A stretch of 63,745 bases of DNA from a virus. Its lineage: Duplodnaviria > Caudoviricetes. Below the pieces are notes generated by a model. It did no database searches. It was given only the letters and a program-made list of their open reading frames with translations, and was not told where the DNA came from. A program made the translations under genes and the position numbers. The DNA lies in IMG/VR virus record IMGVR_UViG_3300032164_000012, positions 1-63,745 of that record; one strand, 5' to 3'. Shown here one piece after another: positions 45,101 to 52,374 of this stretch (position 1 is its first letter; each line of letters opens with the position of its first letter).

Positions 45101-47474
45101 GGCTGCGATCCAGGAGGCTTTTGCCACGGTGGCTTTGGCGGTTCGGCCAGATCACATCCCTATCGCCGTTGGTGCTGTAGGCGGTAAGCCGGCCACGGTT
45201 CAACCTCTCATCGCTCGATCTGAGACGCCCACGCTGGAGGGGGTCAAGGTCACCAAGCTGTCAGATCAGGACAAGGCGGATGTGGCGACCGAGCATGTCC
45301 TCGACTGGCTGATGAGTCAGCACGACTCCTACTCGGGGAACTTCATTCGGCGCAAAGACGACGGGCGCATCGTCGGGGTCGACAAGGAACAGGCGTTTCG
45401 CTTCTTCCCGAATGACAAGCTCGATGTCGACTACAACCCCAACCCTATCGCCCCCTATTACAACGAGTTCTGGGGTGCGTTCCGCGACAAGAAGCTGAAC
45501 ATCCCCGATGCGGCTTGGGCGTCGATGGGAGAAGCCATCGGCAAGGTGGAGGGCATTTCCGACTCTGACTATGTCGACACGCTCGACAAGTATGCCAAGG
45601 CTCTCTACCCGAAGGAGCCGGCGAAGCGGTACAAGTTCCTTCAAGCGGCCGTCGAGCGCAAGCACGCGCTTCGCTCTGACTTCGAGGGATTCTTGACGGG
45701 GCTGCACCGCAAGCGTGAGGACAATGCCGTCGGTACTTTCACTTTCGCGCACGGCTGGGACGCGACCGGCAAGAAGGTTGCGGTCAACGTCAAGAAGAAG
45801 AACATCCAGAAGCTCTCGGCGGAGGAGTGGGCTATCCACGAGGGGATCAAGCCTTACGACTTCAAGCCAACAGACGGTCCCAATGCTGGGAAGACCGATC
45901 CTTCGAAGAAGACCCTCAAAGTCGCCAAGTCGGACCTCGCTGCCCAGGAGAAGCTCGAGAAGTTCATGAAGGACCTGGGGCTGAAGCCGATCGCTCCTCT
46001 CGTCGTTGGTGGCCAGTACCTCATGGCCTTCGTCAACACGGCTGACTACAAGGCGGTTTCGATCGAGAAGGAAATCGACCAGCCCATAGCGATCGACGCT
46101 GAAGACTACTCGATCGACATCGAGCTGAGTCCCCATGCGGTCGCGGACCTCAACAGCAAGGACTTGCACGAGCTGGATCACACCACACCGCTCGGGCCGG
46201 TTGGCAAGCGATACTCGGCTGGTGGGTTGGGTATTGAGGGGCAGACGATGAAGGCGAAGCGTATCGTCGACCCTGACGGCTCGCTCTCCTACCTCTTCTG
46301 CTTCAAGCTGCGTGGGCACCGCACAGCCAAGGGGAACTACTTCTCGACCACCGATGTCCCGAAGGGACAGCCGGTCGAGTATCACTTCCCTGGGCTGTCG
46401 TATCAGCCTGGAAAGGACGCTGTCGCCGACAAGGGCAACACAGTCTACAAGATCGACGACACCGAGAAGTGGGTCAATGGCGAGTCGACCGTCCACTTCG
46501 TTCGTTCGTCTGTTCAATTCGCCTTCATGGGATCGGTCTATGCGCGTGTGCGCCCGAAGGCAGGTCAGGCGGTCAGGGAGGCTCTGGCCGAGACCTTGGA
46601 CACGATGAAGCCCGGGCTCTCGAAGGAAGTGCTGCGCGATCCGACGCCTGAGGAGCAGGAAGTCGCCAAGCTCGCTCGTCTGCTGTGGGCGGTCGCGCCG
46701 CAGGAGTCCGACGGCCTGTCGAAAGAGGACTTCACGGTGGCCGGGCTGCAGGCGCGGCTGGCCAAACACAACTACGGGCCGGAGCACATTGCCAAGATCG
46801 AGGAGCACGAGACGTTCCCTGGCTTGCATTCACATGTCCTCCCAGGGCGTCACAAGAAGATGCCGCACAAGTTTCTCTTCCAGGGGCTTGGTGACACCGG
46901 CGTCGATGTAGCTGTTTCGGTGATGAAGGTTGGTCTCCTCGGTATCAATGAGCGAGCTACTTTCGGTATCAATCCTTCAGGGTCCTCGGTGGCTGCGGAC
47001 GTCCATTCGGGAGGAGGAGATCAGGCTCTCTTCAGGGCTGTGACTGAGAGTGGCTTCGGCGAATCTTTCCATGGTCACTTGGCCGCTGGGACGTACCAGG
47101 CGATTGTGCGGCCTGACGAGGTTGATCGCCTCGACAGCTACATGTTCCATGGGGATACCTACGGTTGTTGCAATCCTGACAATTCGAATGGGAGTTCGTG
47201 GAAGGCGCGCAAGACGGTCGAGGTGCAGATGAAGGCGCAGGCTTCGCACTACAGTACTGGTGCGGAGATCATGTTCCGCAAGGGTGTGACCAAGAGTCAG
47301 TTGGTGGCCATCACGGCATCGAGCGCGGCGGCTCGGACGAAGCTAATTAAGGCGGCCAAGGATGCAGGTGTGCTTGAGGTAAATGGGATTAGCATCGAGA
47401 GCTTTGTCGTAGTTGCGACGCAGCTCGGCGATGCTTATGCGAAGCTCAAGACGAGGTTGGAGAAGATCAAGTGA
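42171..47474 (+). CDS. 1767-aa multidomain protein: HipA/PI3K-like kinase domain and possible C-terminal ADP-ribosyltransferase-like domain; probable virion-internal effector
   Basis: GLGGAG, EYLVK, DWLMSQHDSYSGNF, VGVDKEQAF; C-terminal FLFQG...GLL...AEIMFRKG; N-terminal LVE|A and YPIGTI...YVK...W. Confidence 0.7.
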   Translation: MATLLHPVSSALISTDQLVEASSKDLYPIGTIKQYGAKHLYVKISMGGKKPWVYYATLGSAKSNVAITAGGCIVVDGKAKAAATAEEAQKLGVPYAHPHAGGEVPPLLPGGKTLGKVGADGQFAVDAEGLAAALVAGTEPPAAVPPAPPPLPTEGPPQPESPKEEPPPPITSLKPYEQLQAVVVTPTPKISKILQRSMIASDSAYGKLLANIEMQGWNASEASSWFQKFGYDSAQADEMVSGALAQVASYLTVSVDDGAIYFRNPDYVDWDKKLKAVGASGFFGPNGVLTHLLSIEGIPEISLANPLDSLVANPKVVPYLGGKYGPDWRKKVDAAWVDHALEHELAPPSDPEVLKHLHKAGFDPTTPLGKVAGLVVKNDGATIATIKDLRASGGYTMALGLAKSQVDAVLPILKNAGVLVDGKVVKEAPPVTPPAPSVQATPSTAPTAEKSELQTLVGFLKGVGFDKPDVAQSLSASKIFFDHMVKTFGPDWLQKYQTQITPSLAGTKPPPPLPAGADPNDYTLKVSKTGAQFWSAKPGKNIAKAIAAANKGKKPGAQFGGVDYSDVKSHFGAMSAAGGLPDTLPAPFKKEMKDKYGENWAGVLTVAASVHLEFEGDALKYIAHIEDDAGAAEQVLVKSALGLAWKAHVEAIGAALSATKKPKKKVATGVAPVVAAGASPATMGKPSLQAVSDYADLHNISTPQAKILELLYSHGVAHTPAFLNDVKAVFALGVGDASLKNLLKAHLNVLVDKGVISIDDYGNVSFPLSDPLGGSVAAALPKLNPAVDFALAPLSPTVSSWSAATAGHLGWPPDSDGAKTLAVMYNAFQKDSTVDPSVAVKALVKLGIPLALATPLVNVAYNAAKEPIAALAHQFETPGEKSPIPTTPPETPAPPVNTPLPIEKPAPAVAPTSPAHGTTPLVAGGGLPPMSQLKHKRSAAGLGGAGKKDIYVDSQGQEYLVKVAVEKDDPTKAKPYAAAIQEAFATVALAVRPDHIPIAVGAVGGKPATVQPLIARSETPTLEGVKVTKLSDQDKADVATEHVLDWLMSQHDSYSGNFIRRKDDGRIVGVDKEQAFRFFPNDKLDVDYNPNPIAPYYNEFWGAFRDKKLNIPDAAWASMGEAIGKVEGISDSDYVDTLDKYAKALYPKEPAKRYKFLQAAVERKHALRSDFEGFLTGLHRKREDNAVGTFTFAHGWDATGKKVAVNVKKKNIQKLSAEEWAIHEGIKPYDFKPTDGPNAGKTDPSKKTLKVAKSDLAAQEKLEKFMKDLGLKPIAPLVVGGQYLMAFVNTADYKAVSIEKEIDQPIAIDAEDYSIDIELSPHAVADLNSKDLHELDHTTPLGPVGKRYSAGGLGIEGQTMKAKRIVDPDGSLSYLFCFKLRGHRTAKGNYFSTTDVPKGQPVEYHFPGLSYQPGKDAVADKGNTVYKIDDTEKWVNGESTVHFVRSSVQFAFMGSVYARVRPKAGQAVREALAETLDTMKPGLSKEVLRDPTPEEQEVAKLARLLWAVAPQESDGLSKEDFTVAGLQARLAKHNYGPEHIAKIEEHETFPGLHSHVLPGRHKKMPHKFLFQGLGDTGVDVAVSVMKVGLLGINERATFGINPSGSSVAADVHSGGGDQALFRAVTESGFGESFHGHLAAGTYQAIVRPDEVDRLDSYMFHGDTYGCCNPDNSNGSSWKARKTVEVQMKAQASHYSTGAEIMFRKGVTKSQLVAITASSAAARTKLIKAAKDAGVLEVNGISIESFVVVATQLGDAYAKLKTRLEKIK

Positions 47475-47896
47475 ACCTGACATCGTTGAACTTCTGGAAG
47501 GTTTACCGAGTCACCTACGTGCGCAACGGCACGGACGTGGAGGCCCTGGTAGGCATGGGAGTCAAACAGCAGGCCACCCCTTTGAATGATGGAAGGATGG
47601 GAGTCTCACTCCTCTGGCGCACGAATGGTCCCTATGAACACTGTGACCGTCGCGTTGTCGGCGAAGTCATGCGGGACGAGGACGGGGTCGTCGAGATTCG
47701 TAGCGAAGAAGACGAGAACTTCGCAGTCACGATCTTCGAGATGCTGACGCTCGAGACCTGGAAAGCGATGCGAAAGGTGATCAGCGACTACGATAGCCTT
47801 GCCCCCCAGTTCCAGACCGACGAAGATCTCCGTCAGTGGTACTGGCACCAGTTCGTCGGTGACAGCTGGACCGAAGACCAACCGATCCAGACTTGA
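47471..47896 (+). CDS. acidic hypothetical protein translationally coupled to the large effector
   Basis: GTGA overlap; the stop lies in the next TTGACA. Confidence 0.7.
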   Translation: MNLTSLNFWKVYRVTYVRNGTDVEALVGMGVKQQATPLNDGRMGVSLLWRTNGPYEHCDRRVVGEVMRDEDGVVEIRSEEDENFAVTIFEMLTLETWKAMRKVISDYDSLAPQFQTDEDLRQWYWHQFVGDSWTEDQPIQT

Positions 47897-47960
47897 CAAT
47901 CCCCCTCTGTACCTGCTAAGTTAGACCCGCAGTCTGATGGATGTGCGACCACATGGTCGC
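47893..47960 (+). promoter_or_regulatory. promoter plus palindromic element copy 5
   Basis: TTGACA-18-TAAGTT with TGC; GCGACCACATGGTCGC at 47945-47960 abutting AAGGAG. Confidence 0.75.
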
Positions 47961-47973
47961 AAGGAGAAAGTCG

Positions 47974-48489
47974 ATGGACGCAACGATGCCGGAAACCCCC
48001 GAACCGGTGATGATGCCGCAGAAGGTGGTCGAGGTTTCCTCGGCTCCAGATACGGCGGACAAGGACGCTCCCGTGGCCCCCATTCCTGTTCCTACCATCC
48101 CCAAGAACGGCAAGAAGTCCAAGGTTCCCAAGCAGGCCAAGGCCGCCTCGCAACCGGCCCCGAAGGCGAAGGTCGCCCCCAAGCCCGCCAAGGCCTCGAA
48201 GAAGGCCCCGTCGTCCGGACAGAGCGGTCCTGCGTTGAAGCTGCAACCTGACGCCCTCAACACGAAGGAGCGGAAGGTTCTCGCCGCCTTCATGGCAAAG
48301 AAGGGACGGCCGACGCCGTTGACGATCGCTGAGATGGCCAAGGGAGCGTTCACGACTCTCAAGGCGTCCATGGCGAACAGCTGGACGCGCAATAGCCTGC
48401 GGCGGTTGGTTCGGGGCGGGATGCTCTCCAAGGAAGAGCGCGGAAAGTACCTGATCACGCCTACCGGCCGTCAGGCGATGAAGGGGTGA
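47974..48489 (+). CDS. Lys/Pro/Ala-rich protein with C-terminal winged helix (candidate regulator or nucleoid protein)
   Basis: PKAKVAPKPAKASKK; LNTKERKVL...TIAEMA...RNSLRRLVRGG...GKYLIT. Confidence 0.7.
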   Translation: MDATMPETPEPVMMPQKVVEVSSAPDTADKDAPVAPIPVPTIPKNGKKSKVPKQAKAASQPAPKAKVAPKPAKASKKAPSSGQSGPALKLQPDALNTKERKVLAAFMAKKGRPTPLTIAEMAKGAFTTLKASMANSWTRNSLRRLVRGGMLSKEERGKYLITPTGRQAMKG

Positions 48490-51400
48490 TCTCCTATCGC
48501 CTGGCGACCCCCGACGACCTAGGGACGATTGCCAACGAGATAGATGCCTCACCTGTAGTCGGTCTAGACATCGAGACATCCGGATCGGTCCTCGATCCGA
48601 AAGGCCACATCCGGCTAGTACAGCTGAGGACGGCTCCTGACAGCACTCCTTGGATCATCGACCTCTACCAAGTCGCCGGCCTCGGCCCTGTAGCTGACGC
48701 CTTACGCGATAGTCCAGGCGTCAAGATTGTCCAGAATGCCCGCTTCGAGCAGAAGTGGTTTCTCCACCGCTACGATGTCGAGCTGTGGCCGGTCTTCGAC
48801 ACCTGGCGCGCGGCCGTGCTAGTCAACAACGGGCACGATCTAGGGCACAATCTCTACGACCTCTATCGACGCGAGCTGAAGACGGAGCCCGAGGCAGAGG
48901 ACCTTGGTGGAACAGACTGGAGTGCCCATCTCTCGCCGGCTCATTACGACTACGCCGCCGAGGACGTGTTGCACCTGCACCAGCTCCGCGACACTCTCAA
49001 GGCACAGCTATCCAAGAACGGCCTCAACCGAGTGGCCTTGATCGAGTTCGGGGCAGTGCTTCCCGAAGCCGCAGTCGAGCTAGCAGGCATGCCCCTCGAC
49101 GCCGAGATGTGGAACGCATTGGCCGTCGAGAACGCAACCCGAGCCGACAAGTTTCGCAAGGAGCTACTGTGGGAATTGCCTAGTCCTGGCCATCAGATCG
49201 CCCTGCCAGGCTTCATGCCGGACTTCAACCTCAACAGCCCGATGCAGCTTCTCGAGAGCCTACACCGTGTCGGACTGAAGGACCTAGAGGACACGAAGGA
49301 GATTTCGCTGGCGATGTTCGCTGGTGAGTACCCGATCATCAAGAAGATCCTCAGCTACCGCGAAGCCGACAAGCAGGTCTCTACCTACGGTCCCGAGTAC
49401 CCAGGCAAGAACATCAACCTTTTCACCGGACGTGTTCATCCCGATTACTTCCCTTTCACCGGAGCAGGGCGCTACGCTTGTTCGAAGCCGAATATCCAAC
49501 AAATTCCACGAGATACACGTTTCCGCAAGTGCTTCCGAACTCCGGCCGGCCGCCGATTTGTGCTCTGCGTGGCAGAGGGGACGCGGGTTGCTACGACCCA
49601 CGGTCTTGTGTCTGTCGAGAACGTGTTGCCTGGCAGCAAGGTGGTGCTGGAGGATGGGTCCTGTGCTGTTGTCAAGGCGACGTTGGACCGAGGGGTGGCT
49701 GAGACGGTTCGGGTGCGGACCAGGCTGGGCTATGAACTGACCTGTACTTCGGAGCATCGGGTTCGAGTGCGCGAGGCGTCAGGAGCGTATGTTTGGCGTG
49801 AGGTGGAAGCGCTTCGAGTGACCGACGCTGTCGCGCTTCAATCTGGTCGAGGGTTGTCTTCGTTGTCATCTCCTTCTCTTCCGGTTCCTCAGGTTGTCCA
49901 CTTCAACGACAAACCTGTACAGACGCCGGAGAGGATGACGCCAGCGCTCGCGGAGCTTCTGGGTTACTTGACTGGCGACGGGACGTTCCAGCCTTACTAC
50001 TTTGGCTTTGTCGTGAATGATCAGGATGAGGACGTGTTGGGTCGCCTGTGTGCCTCGGTTAAGTTGGAGCTTGGTCGAGAGCCTCCATCCGTGTTGCACT
50101 ACCGTGGAGTGTTTGATGTGCGAGTGGGTAGTCGTCCACTTTTGCGTTGGTTTGAGCAGTTGGGAGCGGCGAAGGATCGAGTACCGGATTTCCTGTGGAT
50201 CTCCCCACCGGAAATAGTTGGGGCGTGGCTGCGCGGTTTGTTTGAAGCAGACGGTTGTGTATCTGGACCGAGCTTGACCTTTTCGACAGTCAGTCCCCGT
50301 CTCGCTCAAGAAGTGCAGGAACTTTTGCTCGCGTTGGGTATCGTCAGCAGACGGTGGTTGTACCGGCACGGTAAACCCGGAGTTGGTTATATCTGGAACA
50401 TCCGCGTCGTCAGCGAGTACGAGTTCCTAGAGAAGTTCCGCGTGGTGGTGGGTTTGTTGTCCAGTCGGAAGCAGGCTGCGCTTGATGCACTAGTGGCACG
50501 ACTCGAGGACTCCCCGAAATCAGCTCCATCTGTCTCGATTCCTAACGTGCGTGCGGGGCTGATACGGCGTTTGTTTGAGGGGGAGGCATCAGCGTTGATG
50601 CTCAACTGCCGGTTCCGTGATCGTCTAGGTCTGAAGACTGCACGACGACTTGTCCAGCTCGATTCCAATGCCGCCGAGGATCTGGGACTCTTGCGGACCT
50701 TGCACGATGGTACTTTCTTCGACTTCGTGGCCTCTGTGGAGCCTGCTGGTGTCATGCGTGTCTATGATCTGAGTGTCCCAGGTCCTACTGCCTATATCAG
50801 CGCAGGGTTTGTCAGTCACAACTGCGACTACTCGAACATCGAGATGCGGATTGTTGCCGAGATCTCAGGTGACCTGGTACTCATCGAGATCTTCGTCCGG
50901 GACGAGGACGCTCACTACGCTACGGCGGCCCTCATGCTGGGCAAGGACAGATCTCAGGTTACCAAAGCTGAACGTCAGCAGGCCAAGCCGGTGAACTTCG
51001 GTCTCATCTACGGCATGTTCCCCAAGAAGCTCGTCCTCTACGCCCAGGCCAACTACGGCGTCAGCCTGACGCTCAAGGAAGCTACCAACTACCGGACCAA
51101 GTTCTTCGAGGCGTACAGGGGTATAGCCAGGTGGCACGAGCGGGTGCTCGAGCGAGCACAGGTCGAGAAGATGGCTCGGACCCTTGGTGGCCGCTTGCGC
51201 TATCTGGACCCAGAGACTGCCCGCAACGAGTTCTACAACACGCCGGTGCAGGGTACTGGAGCGGATGGGCTCAAGGCGGCCCTACGTGCAGTCTACATGC
51301 GGCTGAAGAAGACCTTCGGCTCGGTCCATAAGGGGCCGGTTCAGATGTGCCATCACGTCCACGACGAGATCATCTTGGAAACCTCGGACGACAAAGATGT

Positions 51401-51518
51401 GATCGAGGCGTCCAAGATCGAGCTTGAAGCCGGAATGCTCGAGGGGATGACTCCGTTTCTGAAGCGTGTTCCGGTCAAGGCGGAGTGTAGTGTAGGCGAA
51501 TCCTGGGCCGCTAAGTAG
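48486..51518 (+). CDS. polA: DNA polymerase family A (3'-5' exo plus pol) with intein
   Basis: GLDIET, QNARFE, YAAED, PNIQQIP, DYSNIEMR, KPVNFGLIYG, VHDEI. Confidence 0.95.
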   Translation: MISYRLATPDDLGTIANEIDASPVVGLDIETSGSVLDPKGHIRLVQLRTAPDSTPWIIDLYQVAGLGPVADALRDSPGVKIVQNARFEQKWFLHRYDVELWPVFDTWRAAVLVNNGHDLGHNLYDLYRRELKTEPEAEDLGGTDWSAHLSPAHYDYAAEDVLHLHQLRDTLKAQLSKNGLNRVALIEFGAVLPEAAVELAGMPLDAEMWNALAVENATRADKFRKELLWELPSPGHQIALPGFMPDFNLNSPMQLLESLHRVGLKDLEDTKEISLAMFAGEYPIIKKILSYREADKQVSTYGPEYPGKNINLFTGRVHPDYFPFTGAGRYACSKPNIQQIPRDTRFRKCFRTPAGRRFVLCVAEGTRVATTHGLVSVENVLPGSKVVLEDGSCAVVKATLDRGVAETVRVRTRLGYELTCTSEHRVRVREASGAYVWREVEALRVTDAVALQSGRGLSSLSSPSLPVPQVVHFNDKPVQTPERMTPALAELLGYLTGDGTFQPYYFGFVVNDQDEDVLGRLCASVKLELGREPPSVLHYRGVFDVRVGSRPLLRWFEQLGAAKDRVPDFLWISPPEIVGAWLRGLFEADGCVSGPSLTFSTVSPRLAQEVQELLLALGIVSRRWLYRHGKPGVGYIWNIRVVSEYEFLEKFRVVVGLLSSRKQAALDALVARLEDSPKSAPSVSIPNVRAGLIRRLFEGEASALMLNCRFRDRLGLKTARRLVQLDSNAAEDLGLLRTLHDGTFFDFVASVEPAGVMRVYDLSVPGPTAYISAGFVSHNCDYSNIEMRIVAEISGDLVLIEIFVRDEDAHYATAALMLGKDRSQVTKAERQQAKPVNFGLIYGMFPKKLVLYAQANYGVSLTLKEATNYRTKFFEAYRGIARWHERVLERAQVEKMARTLGGRLRYLDPETARNEFYNTPVQGTGADGLKAALRAVYMRLKKTFGSVHKGPVQMCHHVHDEIILETSDDKDVIEASKIELEAGMLEGMTPFLKRVPVKAECSVGESWAAK
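49566..50822 (+). mobile_element. intein with LAGLIDADG endonuclease at polymerase motif A
   Basis: CVAEGT start, TSEH, LGYLTGDG and LRGLFEADG, ends VSHN|C; 419 aa. Confidence 0.93.
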
Positions 51519-51527
51519 GCCCGTCCG

Positions 51528-51556
51528 TTGGCAATCCCTTCGGTGTCTGGTATGTT
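51528..51556 (+). promoter_or_regulatory. variant sigma70-type promoter
   Basis: TTGGCAAT, 17-bp spacer, TG-G-TATGTT. Confidence 0.55.
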
Positions 51557-51570
51557 TGATCTGAGCACCG

Positions 51571-52374
51571 ATGCCGAAAGTCCTCCCACATGCTTTCCAG
51601 ACTGCTCCGCGTAGTCGGGAGCCGCGTTTCTCGAAGCTCCGGCAGATGCAGTGCTTTCCCGAGGTCCACAAGCGCATCTGCGACGGTTGGTCGCTGTCAC
51701 AGCTAGCCAAGTGGATTCAGAACGAGCGGAACGAGTACAAGGACATTGGTCCGGATAGTCTGACGGCCACTTTGCACGAATATCGGGCTTCGTTGCCGTC
51801 GTCGATCCGCGCTGGAAAGACATTGCCTGTGGCACAAGCTAAGGCCGCGATGGAGATCGCTGAGGGGCTGGACGAGCTGGTTGAGTTGGAGCGTCTCGTT
51901 CACCTTCAGATGGAGCGCATTGAGATCGACTTCTCCAAGGAGAAGCAGATCAAGAAGCTACTGACGACCATGACGCCAGAGATCAAGGAAGCTCGGCAGC
52001 TGCTCATGGCACACGCTCAACTCAAGATGGACCTCGGTCTCACCCAGCGGCATCTCGGAACGGCTGAAGTGGAAGTGAGCGTTCCGAGCGAGCTGGCTGC
52101 CAAGTACGGGTCCGAAGCTGTCCAGAAGGTACTCGAGAACGACGGTTCTCGCCGCCGGCTCCTGGGTATTGCCGAGCGCCTGCTCAAGGCGTCTGCGACA
52201 GGTTCGCTAACCGATGACGATGACGTTGCCAGTCCGGAGCTTCCTCCACTTTCACCCCCGCTCGAGCCTGAACCTGAGCCTGTCATCGAGGAGGACCCAG
52301 AGGACCCTATCGACTTCCCCGATGGGGACGGTCTTCCGTTTGAGGGTGCTGAGGAGCCTAAGGGGGTAGCATGA
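51571..52374 (+). CDS. putative terminase small subunit
   Basis: N-terminal HTH-like region, coiled coil, acidic tail; immediately upstream of and overlapping TerL. Confidence 0.5.
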   Translation: MPKVLPHAFQTAPRSREPRFSKLRQMQCFPEVHKRICDGWSLSQLAKWIQNERNEYKDIGPDSLTATLHEYRASLPSSIRAGKTLPVAQAKAAMEIAEGLDELVELERLVHLQMERIEIDFSKEKQIKKLLTTMTPEIKEARQLLMAHAQLKMDLGLTQRHLGTAEVEVSVPSELAAKYGSEAVQKVLENDGSRRRLLGIAERLLKASATGSLTDDDDVASPELPPLSPPLEPEPEPVIEEDPEDPIDFPDGDGLPFEGAEEPKGVA

